The notes beneath the pieces are model-generated. The model saw only the letters and a list, made by a program, of their open reading frames with translations, ran no database searches and had not been told where the DNA came from. A stretch of DNA of 64,000 bases, taken from the NCBI GenBank assembly GCA_018266895.1, contig JAFDZQ010000072.1:3813-67812 (forward strand), in the 5' to 3' direction. The number at the start of each line of letters is the position of its first letter. Within the stretch, counting starts at the first letter, position 1. Position numbers and translations under genes: made by a program. Positions 28,387-36,339 of the stretch are shown here, one piece after another. This DNA is from Bacteroidota bacterium. Lineage in GTDB: Bacteria > Bacteroidota > Ignavibacteria > Tepidaquicellales > Tepidaquicellaceae.

Positions 28387-29217
28387 ATGAAAGACATTAA
28401 AACTTACTGCTTATTTTTTTCTTTATTTATTCCGTTAATGCTGAATTCCTGCGCATTCAATAATGCTGATAAATTAAGCTATGAATGGCAGCTGACTTTT
28501 GAGGATAATTTTGATTTTTATGACAACACCAAATGGATCAATATGCACGATAACGGAAACAGAACAATATGGTCTAATAAAGAACTTGAATGGTACATGG
28601 ATAAAAATGTAAAAGTTGAAAAAGGCATCCTTAAATTAACAGCAACAAAGGAATCTGTTTACGGCAAAGATATTGAGAGTGAAAAACAGTTTGAATATAC
28701 ATCGGGCATGATTTGCAACGCCCAGAGTTTTACACAGGCTTACGGAAAATGGGAAATGAGAGTCAAATTTCCTTTTAAAAAAGGATTCTGGCCTGCATTT
28801 TTTCTTGTCCCGAAGCAAAGACCGTCTCTTCCGGAGATAGATGTTTTTGAATACTTCGGAATATATAAAAATAAGATCAGTATTAATCATCACTGGGGAA
28901 TTGATTATCCGAACGTTAATACAGGAGGACAGAGAGAACCGTTTTATTATTCGAAAAGCAAAGAAATAACCGGAGATTTTTCCGACAGGTGGATGATCTG
29001 GACATTTGAATGTTATCCGGATAAAATGATATGGAAGCTTGATGATAATGTCGTTTATGAAACCACAGAGGGCATTCCTACAGCTCCTTTATATATGATT
29101 GCTAATGTTGCCATAAAGGACTATAAGGAACACAATTTCGAAGTGGAAAAAACCGGCTTACCTTATGTAATGGAAATTGATTATGTCAGAGTTTATAAAA
29201 TGGTCCCTGTTAAATAA
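28387..29217 (+). CDS. glycoside hydrolase family 16 lipoprotein (laminarinase/lichenase-like)
   Basis: Catalytic ExDxxE motif in LPEIDVFEY. Lipobox-like LMLNSC after the ATG at 28387; the ORF-track start at 28348 is a TTG 13 codons upstream. Confidence 0.8.
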   Translation: MKDIKTYCLFFSLFIPLMLNSCAFNNADKLSYEWQLTFEDNFDFYDNTKWINMHDNGNRTIWSNKELEWYMDKNVKVEKGILKLTATKESVYGKDIESEKQFEYTSGMICNAQSFTQAYGKWEMRVKFPFKKGFWPAFFLVPKQRPSLPEIDVFEYFGIYKNKISINHHWGIDYPNVNTGGQREPFYYSKSKEITGDFSDRWMIWTFECYPDKMIWKLDDNVVYETTEGIPTAPLYMIANVAIKDYKEHNFEVEKTGLPYVMEIDYVRVYKMVPVK

Positions 29218-29376
29218 TAATACAAACTGATGTTAAATCGTATTCTCAAATTTTGAAATGACATGTTATTTGTAATTTTCCTGTCACTTTTTACGGAGAA
29301 AATTTAACTGACATTGTAAATTGTTATTTGTTATTAAGGGATAAAAACGGAATTAATGATTAACGGATATTGTAAG

Positions 29377-30390
29377 TTATTCAGCTTTCTGAATTTTTCC
29401 TTTAGTCAGATAGCGGTTAAGAAGTATCATTGACAAAGGAAGTGAAAAAACTACAGCCGGCCAGATGAATCTGCCGTCGGAGTAAGCTGAAATTACGGAA
29501 TAGCTCCAGAGACAGAATGAAATTAACAGTCCCGTTATTAATGTCAGATTATTTTTTATGACAGATTTATCTTTAAAGAAATAATAAATAATCAGCAGCA
29601 CTGAAAGTATGCCGGGAACTCCTAAAGTTAATATAAAACTTAGAAATGTCCTGGGTCTGGTAATATTGCTCATAAATATTTCATAAGAAGGGATCCACAG
29701 ATAACTTAGTTTATTGGGTTTAATCAAATGTAAAAAATAAATCGTCAGAAAGTAAAAAATCAGAAGAGAAAATGTTTTTAAAAATACTGAGGGTAAATTC
29801 TTTTTTTTAAAAATTGAATTTACAAAATAAACAGGAATTATCAGGAGCATGCTTTCTTTAACGCATGTACCAAGTATTAAAGCTAAAATCAAAAAAATCA
29901 TTCTGTCTTTCAGAATAAAATAGAAACTTAAAAACAGAAATAGAAGAAGCACGGCATCAACATAAGTTACTGTACCGTAATAAAAAGTTGGAAATGAAAA
30001 CACATATAATAAACAGCCAAGGTAAATTAGTTTATCCGGTAATTTATAAAATACAAAAGTATAGTAAAGTATAAATAAACTGATAATCATTGAAACAAGA
30101 TTGATCATGTTTATTGAAGTGTCAGATGCAAAAGGAAGTTTGGAAGCAATAAACGGCACTAATACTCTTGTCGTGTAGGGCGGAATAAGAATCTCCGGAT
30201 CTTCTGTTCCCTTGTAGTAATCCGTCATATTTATATATCTGATGGCATCATTTGATTTTATGGGATCATAGGAAGAATTTGGAATTGTTAAGTTAGAAAA
30301 TCCAATATCATTTCTGTTAAATCTGAATGAACCGATAATAACAATAAATACACTGAGTAAAATTAAAAATAAAAGATTTTTCAGATTCAT
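29377..30390 (-). CDS. polytopic membrane protein, possible GT-C-type (polyprenyl-phosphate-sugar-dependent) glycosyltransferase
   Basis: About 9-10 TM helices with a first-loop acidic segment (TDYYKGTEDPE). It is the only minus-strand gene inside the glycan locus. The family call is tentative. Confidence 0.35.
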   Translation of the reverse strand: MNLKNLLFLILLSVFIVIIGSFRFNRNDIGFSNLTIPNSSYDPIKSNDAIRYINMTDYYKGTEDPEILIPPYTTRVLVPFIASKLPFASDTSINMINLVSMIISLFILYYTFVFYKLPDKLIYLGCLLYVFSFPTFYYGTVTYVDAVLLLFLFLSFYFILKDRMIFLILALILGTCVKESMLLIIPVYFVNSIFKKKNLPSVFLKTFSLLIFYFLTIYFLHLIKPNKLSYLWIPSYEIFMSNITRPRTFLSFILTLGVPGILSVLLIIYYFFKDKSVIKNNLTLITGLLISFCLWSYSVISAYSDGRFIWPAVVFSLPLSMILLNRYLTKGKIQKAE

Positions 30391-30526
30391 CCGTAATATT
30401 TTTGATTAATAAATTTAAGTTATATATTTTAGACAGAAAATTAAATAATCATTGCTGTGCAAAACAAGGTGAATTCATAGAATTTCTTTTTAAATACATA
30501 ATTATGAGCAACATATAAAGTACTGC

Positions 30527-30590
30527 AACAAAACCCCTCCCAATCTTTCCCCCTTTTTCAAAGGGGAGGGCAGTGTGGGGTTGTTTAATA
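30527..30590. repeat. GC-rich nested palindromic element
   Basis: caacaaaacccctcccaatctttccccctttttcaaaggggagggcagtgtggggttgtttaat. The inner stem is a perfect 7 bp, ccccttt-ttc-aaagggg (30550-30566). The outer stem is aacccc/ggggtt. Confidence 0.8.
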
Positions 30591-30777
30591 TTCTTACAAT
30601 TAATTTTATTTTTTAGATAGAATAAAAAATTGTTTAATAAATGAAAACGTTTTGAACATCATTATTAATTAATAATATACTGAGGATGAATTTATCAGTT
30701 AACTTTTGAATCCCAAAAAATAAATTTCTCATAATTTCTAACTTTAATTTATATTACAGTATACCTAGGTTGATTTA

Positions 30778-31623
30778 TTGAATAAACCAGACGATAATAC
30801 AAGTCCGAGAGTAAGTATAATAATTCCTACTTATAACCGCGTAAAAATGCTGGAAAAATCCATTGAAAGCGTTTTTGCCCAGAGTTATAAAGACTGGGAG
30901 CTGATAATAATAGATGACGCTTCCACGGATGAAACAGAAGAAAGAATGAAGCAGCTGGCTTCAAGGGAAAAATCTGTGAGGTACATGAGGATACCCAAGA
31001 TCGAAGGCAAGGGTATTTCCGAATATCTAAACATTGGTCTGAGAAACTCAAAAGGGGAATATATTGCAAGAATTGATGACGATGATTACTGGTGTCATAA
31101 GGATAAACTGAAAATGCAGGTGGAGTTTCTTGATAAAAATCCGGAGTATGTGGTTGTCGGAGGCGGAGTAATACTTGTTGATGAAAACGGAGATGAGCTT
31201 TTTAAATACCTGAAAAAAGAAACTGATGAAGAGATAAGAAGATTTGCGCTTTATTCAAATCCATTTACTCACGCAACGGTTATGTTTCGCAAGGAAACTG
31301 CAATGAAACTCGGCGGGTACAGAAGCATGAAACACGTGGAAGACATGGAGCTCTGGTTGAGAATGGGTAAGGTCGGGAAGCTTTACAATTTTAAGGAATA
31401 TTTTATTACGTATATGACTGCAGGTCAGAATAAATCCTTTTTACAGCAGAGGGAAAACTCAAGGACTGTAGTTGATGTAGTGAAAATGCACGGAAAGAAT
31501 TATCCAAATTTCAGGAAAGCATATATCCTGAATTATGTTCAGTACTCATATTCATTTTTGCCCGTGTTCATAAAAAAACATTTACAGTCTTTCATGTATT
31601 ATTTTAAAAGAAAAAATTTCTGA
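30778..31623 (+). CDS. glycosyltransferase family 2
   Basis: VSIIIPTYNR, IIIDDASTDET and RIDDDD motifs. TTG start. Confidence 0.85.
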   Translation: MNKPDDNTSPRVSIIIPTYNRVKMLEKSIESVFAQSYKDWELIIIDDASTDETEERMKQLASREKSVRYMRIPKIEGKGISEYLNIGLRNSKGEYIARIDDDDYWCHKDKLKMQVEFLDKNPEYVVVGGGVILVDENGDELFKYLKKETDEEIRRFALYSNPFTHATVMFRKETAMKLGGYRSMKHVEDMELWLRMGKVGKLYNFKEYFITYMTAGQNKSFLQQRENSRTVVDVVKMHGKNYPNFRKAYILNYVQYSYSFLPVFIKKHLQSFMYYFKRKNF

Positions 31624-31626
31624 CAA

Positions 31627-32610
31627 TTGAAAAAATATTTCATAGCCGGCGGCGCAGGATTCATAGGAAGTCATCTTTGCAAAAAGATCTTAACAGACGA
31701 GCCGCAGTCTTCAGTAACAGTATATGATAATTTTTCTTCCGGAAAAATGTGGCACCTGGAAGAAATCTCTGATAAGATCACAATTGTGGATGCTGATATC
31801 AAGAATACGGACAAACTTTCTTCGGCAGTTAAAGGCGCAGATGCAGTTTATCATTTCGCTTCTAATCCTGATATATCAAAAGCAATGACGCAGCCCGATA
31901 TTGACTTCTGGGAAGGGACTTTTCTGACGAATAATATCCTCGAAGCAATGAGAAAATCCGGAGTAAAAAATCTCATCTATGCTTCTGGTAGCGGAGTTTA
32001 CGGTGATACTGGATATCTTGAAACTCCCGAGGATTATTCTCCGCAGCTTCCAATATCAACTTACGGCGCAAGCAAACTTTCATGCGAAGTGCTGATTTGT
32101 TCATACTGCTATATGTTTGATATGAATGCAGCGGCTTTCAGATTCGCAAATGTAGTCGGACCGAATCAGACACACGGAGTTGGTTATGATTTCATTAAAA
32201 AATTACTTAATGACAAGTCAAGGCTTGCAATTCTCGGAGACGGAACCCAGAGCAAATCTTATATTTATGTATCAGATATTATTAATGCAATAAGAACTGT
32301 TGAAACAAAGTTTTTAAAAAATTATTCGTACTTTAATGTATCAACTGAAGATTATATATCCGTAAAGGAAATAGCGGATCTGACGGCAGAAGTCATGGAG
32401 ATCGGAAGTGAAAATGTAAAATATGAATTTACCGGAGGTAACAGAGGATGGAAAGGTGATGTGCCTGTAGTCAGATTAAATTCGGATAAAATAAGAAAAC
32501 TCGGCTGGAAAAATAAATACAGTTCAAAACAGGCAATACAATTATCTCTCCGGTCAATGTATGAAGATGCATTAAACAACAGATTCGGCTGGAAAGGAGA
32601 AAGTAAATGA
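31627..32610 (+). CDS. NAD-dependent epimerase/dehydratase (extended SDR)
   Basis: Rossmann motif GGAGFIGSH at residues 8-16 and catalytic YGASK. TTG start. Has a 4-nt overlap with hddA. Confidence 0.85.
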   Translation: MKKYFIAGGAGFIGSHLCKKILTDEPQSSVTVYDNFSSGKMWHLEEISDKITIVDADIKNTDKLSSAVKGADAVYHFASNPDISKAMTQPDIDFWEGTFLTNNILEAMRKSGVKNLIYASGSGVYGDTGYLETPEDYSPQLPISTYGASKLSCEVLICSYCYMFDMNAAAFRFANVVGPNQTHGVGYDFIKKLLNDKSRLAILGDGTQSKSYIYVSDIINAIRTVETKFLKNYSYFNVSTEDYISVKEIADLTAEVMEIGSENVKYEFTGGNRGWKGDVPVVRLNSDKIRKLGWKNKYSSKQAIQLSLRSMYEDALNNRFGWKGESK

Positions 32611-33590
32611 TATTGTCACGCGCTCCGGTACGGATATCAATGGGCGGTGGCGGTACTGACCTGCCGTCCTATTATGAAAAGCATGAAGGATTTTTACTTG
32701 CTGCAAGCATAAACAAGTATGTTCACATCATGCTGAATAAAAGATTTGAAGAATCGATCAGATTATCATATTCAAAAACAGAGATAGTAAACAACATTAA
32801 GGAAATTGAACACAGAATATTCAGGGAATCTCTGAGATATGCAGACATAAAAAAACAGGTGGAAATCGTTTCAATTGCCGATGTACCTTCGAACTGCGGA
32901 CTCGGAACGTCTTCTACATTTACTGTTGCTTTGCTAAGCGCTTTGTTTGCATACAAAAGAAATCACAAGACACTTGCTGAACTTGCCGAATGCGCATGCC
33001 ACATTGAAATAAACTTACTCAGAGAGCCTATAGGAAAACAGGATCAGTATGCAGCGGCATTCGGCGGATTCAACGCATATACATTTCATAAAGACGGAAA
33101 TGTAACGGTCGAGCCTGTGGGAATGTCCGAAGGTTCGATGATGGAGCTTCAGAGCAACATGTTTTTATTTTATTTGAATAAAAACAGATCAGCCAGCTCC
33201 ATACTTAAATTTCAGAATAAAAATACAAAAGCAAACAATACGGATACAGTAAACAGACTGCATAAAATAAAAGAAATCGGACTTCATACAAGAAAAATAT
33301 TAGAAAAGAACAAGATTAATGAATTCGGTGAACTTCTTCACGAACACTGGCTTATTAAAAAAGGATTATCCGATAAAATTTCAGATGCATTCATTGACGA
33401 AGCATACGAAACTGCAAGAAAGAACGGCGCATTGGGAGGAAAAGTCATAGGAGCCGGAGGCGGAGGATTTCTGCTTTTGTATTGTCCAAAGGAAAAATCA
33501 AAACTTGTAACGGCAATGAAGAAGATCGGTCTTAAGCCGTCATGGTTTGCAATTGATCATGAAGGGGTAAAGAATGGATTTTACAATTAA
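32607..33590 (+). CDS. hddA: GHMP kinase, D-glycero-alpha-D-manno-heptose 7-phosphate kinase type
   Basis: GHMP motif is PSNCGLGTSSTFTVAL, with a C-terminal GAGGGGFLL. Context includes gmhA, gmhB and hddC. Confidence 0.75.
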   Translation: MILSRAPVRISMGGGGTDLPSYYEKHEGFLLAASINKYVHIMLNKRFEESIRLSYSKTEIVNNIKEIEHRIFRESLRYADIKKQVEIVSIADVPSNCGLGTSSTFTVALLSALFAYKRNHKTLAELAECACHIEINLLREPIGKQDQYAAAFGGFNAYTFHKDGNVTVEPVGMSEGSMMELQSNMFLFYLNKNRSASSILKFQNKNTKANNTDTVNRLHKIKEIGLHTRKILEKNKINEFGELLHEHWLIKKGLSDKISDAFIDEAYETARKNGALGGKVIGAGGGGFLLLYCPKEKSKLVTAMKKIGLKPSWFAIDHEGVKNGFYN

Positions 33591-33607
33591 TTTCCGGAGA
33601 GAATGAT

Positions 33608-34339
33608 TTGAAGATCGATGAAATTGCCATACTTGCGGGAGGGCTTGCTACAAGACTTAAGCCGGTTTCCGAAACAGTTCCTAAGTCGCTGATCGAAGTA
33701 GCAGGCAAGCCGTTTATTTATCATCAGCTTAAACTGCTTCAAAGCAAAGGCATCAGGAAAGCAGTTATCTGCGCCGGATATCTTGGTGAACAGATTCAAA
33801 ATTATGTCGGAGACGGAAAAGAATTCGGCATACAGGCTGAGTATTCTTTTGACGGGGATAAACTGCTCGGTACCGGAGGAGCTTTAAGGAAATCGCTTAA
33901 ATTCTTCAGAAATGATTTTTTCATTCTATACGGTGATTCATATTTAGATGCTGAATTTGAAGATATAAATGAATATTTTTTAAAAAGTAATAAATGCGGT
34001 CTTATGACCGTCCTGAAAAACGACGGCAAGTGGGATAAGAGCAATATTGAATTTGAAAACGGTGAAATTCTTGTCTATGATAAAAAAGTCACTTCAGGTG
34101 AAATGAGATATATAGATTACGGACTCGGCATTTTGAATAAAAAAGCTTTTGAAGATTTTGAAAACAGGGAAGTGTTTGACCTTGAAGAAGTTTACAGGGA
34201 CCTGCTGAAGAAGAAACAGCTTGCGGGATTTGAAGTTCACAAAAGATTTTACGAAATAGGTTCATTCACGGGACTTGAAGAAACAGAAAAATATCTGCTA
34301 AATAAAAAACACGCAAATGGATTTAATGAGTTATATTGA
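33608..34339 (+). CDS. hddC: sugar-1-phosphate nucleotidyltransferase, D-glycero-alpha-D-manno-heptose 1-phosphate guanylyltransferase type
   Basis: ILAGGLATRLKP motif and heptose gene context. TTG start. Confidence 0.75.
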   Translation: MKIDEIAILAGGLATRLKPVSETVPKSLIEVAGKPFIYHQLKLLQSKGIRKAVICAGYLGEQIQNYVGDGKEFGIQAEYSFDGDKLLGTGGALRKSLKFFRNDFFILYGDSYLDAEFEDINEYFLKSNKCGLMTVLKNDGKWDKSNIEFENGEILVYDKKVTSGEMRYIDYGLGILNKKAFEDFENREVFDLEEVYRDLLKKKQLAGFEVHKRFYEIGSFTGLEETEKYLLNKKHANGFNELY

Positions 34340-34922
34340 TAAATATCTGGCTGAAGTGACTGAGATAACTTCTAAGATAGACAGAAAGCAGATTGAAAAA
34401 ATGGTAGAGATAATACTGAAAGTAAGAGAGAATAAAGGCAGGTTGTTTATGCTGGGTGTAGGGGGAAGCGCTGGCAATGCATCTCATGCAGTCAACGACT
34501 TCAGAAAGATAGCGGGTATTGAAAGCTATACTCCTACTGATAATGTATCCGAACTGACTGCCCGTGTGAATGATGACGGATGGGATACTTCTTTTGTCAA
34601 CTGGCTAAAGGGCTGCAGACTGAATTCATCCGACTGTCTGTTCATTTTTTCAGTTGGCGGAGGAAATGCTGAGAAGAACATAAGCGTGAACATTGTAAAT
34701 GCTCTTAAATACGGTGAAGAAATGAAGTCTTCAATAATCGGAATTGTAGGTAAAGACGGAGGATATACTGCCAAAGTAGCTGATGCCTGCGTTATCATTC
34801 CTGTAGTAGATTCTGAAACTGTTACGCCTCATTCAGAAGCATTTCAGGGAACAATTTGGCATCTCATAGTTACTCATCCTGCAATAAAAACCTTTGAAAT
34901 GAAGTGGGAGTCTGTAAAGTAA
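34317..34922 (+). CDS. gmhA: SIS-domain phosphoheptose isomerase
   Basis: LGVGGSAGNASHAVNDF and SVGGGN motifs. Confidence 0.85.
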   Translation: MDLMSYIDKYLAEVTEITSKIDRKQIEKMVEIILKVRENKGRLFMLGVGGSAGNASHAVNDFRKIAGIESYTPTDNVSELTARVNDDGWDTSFVNWLKGCRLNSSDCLFIFSVGGGNAEKNISVNIVNALKYGEEMKSSIIGIVGKDGGYTAKVADACVIIPVVDSETVTPHSEAFQGTIWHLIVTHPAIKTFEMKWESVK

Positions 34923-34958
34923 TTGGATAAACAGGATAAACAGGATAAATTGGATAAA
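34923..34958 (+). repeat. four tandem 9-bp units (ttggataaa cag-gataaa cag-gataaa ttg-gataaa) at the gmhB 5' end
   Basis: Read directly from the sequence. It encodes (L/M)DKQDKQDKLDK. Confidence 0.85.
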
Positions 34959-35525
34959 GCAGTATTTTTAGACAGGGACGGTGTAATAAATGAATTAGTT
35001 TACAGCAAAGAAAGAAATGAATACGAGCCGCCGCATAATACGGAAGATGTGAAATTAATTGAAGGTGTATTTGATTCACTTAAAAGACTGACAGGGAGTA
35101 ATTACAGATTATTTATCGTTTCAAACCAGCCGGATTTTGCAAAAGGAAAGACTTCTCTTAAAAATCTGCAAAATGTAAATGATAAGATCAGAGATTTAAT
35201 GGAAGTGCGTGGAATTGTATTTGATGGCTACTATTATTGCTTTCATCATCCTGACGGAGTCATTAAGGAATATTCAATTGATTGCGAGTGCAGAAAACCC
35301 AAACCTTTTTTTATCCTGAATGCCATAAAGAAATACAATCTTGATAAAAATAATTCATGGATGGCAGGGGACAGGGACACGGATATTGGTTGCGGAAAAA
35401 ATTCAGGGCTGAAAACAATACTTATTGATTATCCGGGATCGGAAAATTACAGGGTAAATTCTAATCCGGATTTCACAGTAAAGAATCTTACAGAGGCAGC
35501 GGATGTAATTCTTAAAGCAATTTGA
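34923..35525 (+). CDS. gmhB: D,D-heptose 1,7-bisphosphate phosphatase (HAD-IIIA)
   Basis: AVFLDRDGVIN (HAD motif I), SNQ, and a Cys-rich zinc-like segment CFHHPDG..CECRKP. Alternative in-frame TTG at 34950. Confidence 0.85.
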   Translation: MDKQDKQDKLDKAVFLDRDGVINELVYSKERNEYEPPHNTEDVKLIEGVFDSLKRLTGSNYRLFIVSNQPDFAKGKTSLKNLQNVNDKIRDLMEVRGIVFDGYYYCFHHPDGVIKEYSIDCECRKPKPFFILNAIKKYNLDKNNSWMAGDRDTDIGCGKNSGLKTILIDYPGSENYRVNSNPDFTVKNLTEAADVILKAI

Positions 35526-35554
35526 AAATCAATTTTTTAAAAACTTATTTTCAT

Positions 35555-36274
35555 ATGATAAAATCATACAAAGATCTGAAGATCAAAATATTTGCTGACG
35601 GCGCAAATGTAACGGAAATGAAAAGAGTTTATAATGAAGGGCTTGTAAAAGGATTCACTACCAATCCTACGCTTATGAAGAAAGACGGAGTAAAGGATTA
35701 TGAATCTTTTGCAAAGGAAGTTTTAAGTGAAATAAAGGATATGCCGATTTCATTTGAAGTTTTTTCCGACGACTTCGGAGAAATGGAAAAGCAGGCTAGA
35801 CTGATCGGGAGCTGGGGTGAAAATGTATATATCAAAATTCCTGTTACAAACACAAAATCGGAAAATTCATACGCTCTGATAAAAAAATTATCCGGGGACG
35901 GATTAAAGCTGAACATTACTGCCATTTTAACGGTGAAACAGGTTGAAGAAGTTATGGAAGCTGTTTCAGATAAAACAAAATCAATCATATCGGTTTTTGC
36001 CGGAAGGATCGCGGATACGGGTACAGATCCGGTGCCGTACATGAAACAATCAGCGGGGATTGTCAAAAGAAATAAAAATGCGGAATTGTTATGGGCGAGT
36101 TCGAGGGAACTGCTGAATATTATACAGGCGGAAGAATGCGGCTGTGACATAGTGACGGTTACTAATGACATCATAAAAAAGCTTCCTATGATCGGCAAAG
36201 ACCTGACAGAACTTTCTCTCGATACAGTGAAAATGTTTTATAATGATGCAAGTTCCGCAGGTTATAAATTTTGA
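35555..36274 (+). CDS. transaldolase, short TalC/fructose-6-phosphate-aldolase subfamily
   Basis: GFTTNPTLM motif and the Schiff-base Lys context YIKIPVT. Start ATG 35555 is preferred over the ORF-track TTG 35522. Confidence 0.8.
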   Translation: MIKSYKDLKIKIFADGANVTEMKRVYNEGLVKGFTTNPTLMKKDGVKDYESFAKEVLSEIKDMPISFEVFSDDFGEMEKQARLIGSWGENVYIKIPVTNTKSENSYALIKKLSGDGLKLNITAILTVKQVEEVMEAVSDKTKSIISVFAGRIADTGTDPVPYMKQSAGIVKRNKNAELLWASSRELLNIIQAEECGCDIVTVTNDIIKKLPMIGKDLTELSLDTVKMFYNDASSAGYKF

Positions 36275-36339
36275 AAAGTTAAGGAAGTTCATCAATATTC
36301 AAGAGGATCTCCGGATTTGTATAATCAACCCAACAAGAG

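Noticed and set aside
34923-34958. Tandem repeats considered as a possible CRISPR-like or minisatellite array.
   Set aside because: There are only four 9-bp units with no spacers. They are entirely coding and in frame. This is not a CRISPR array.
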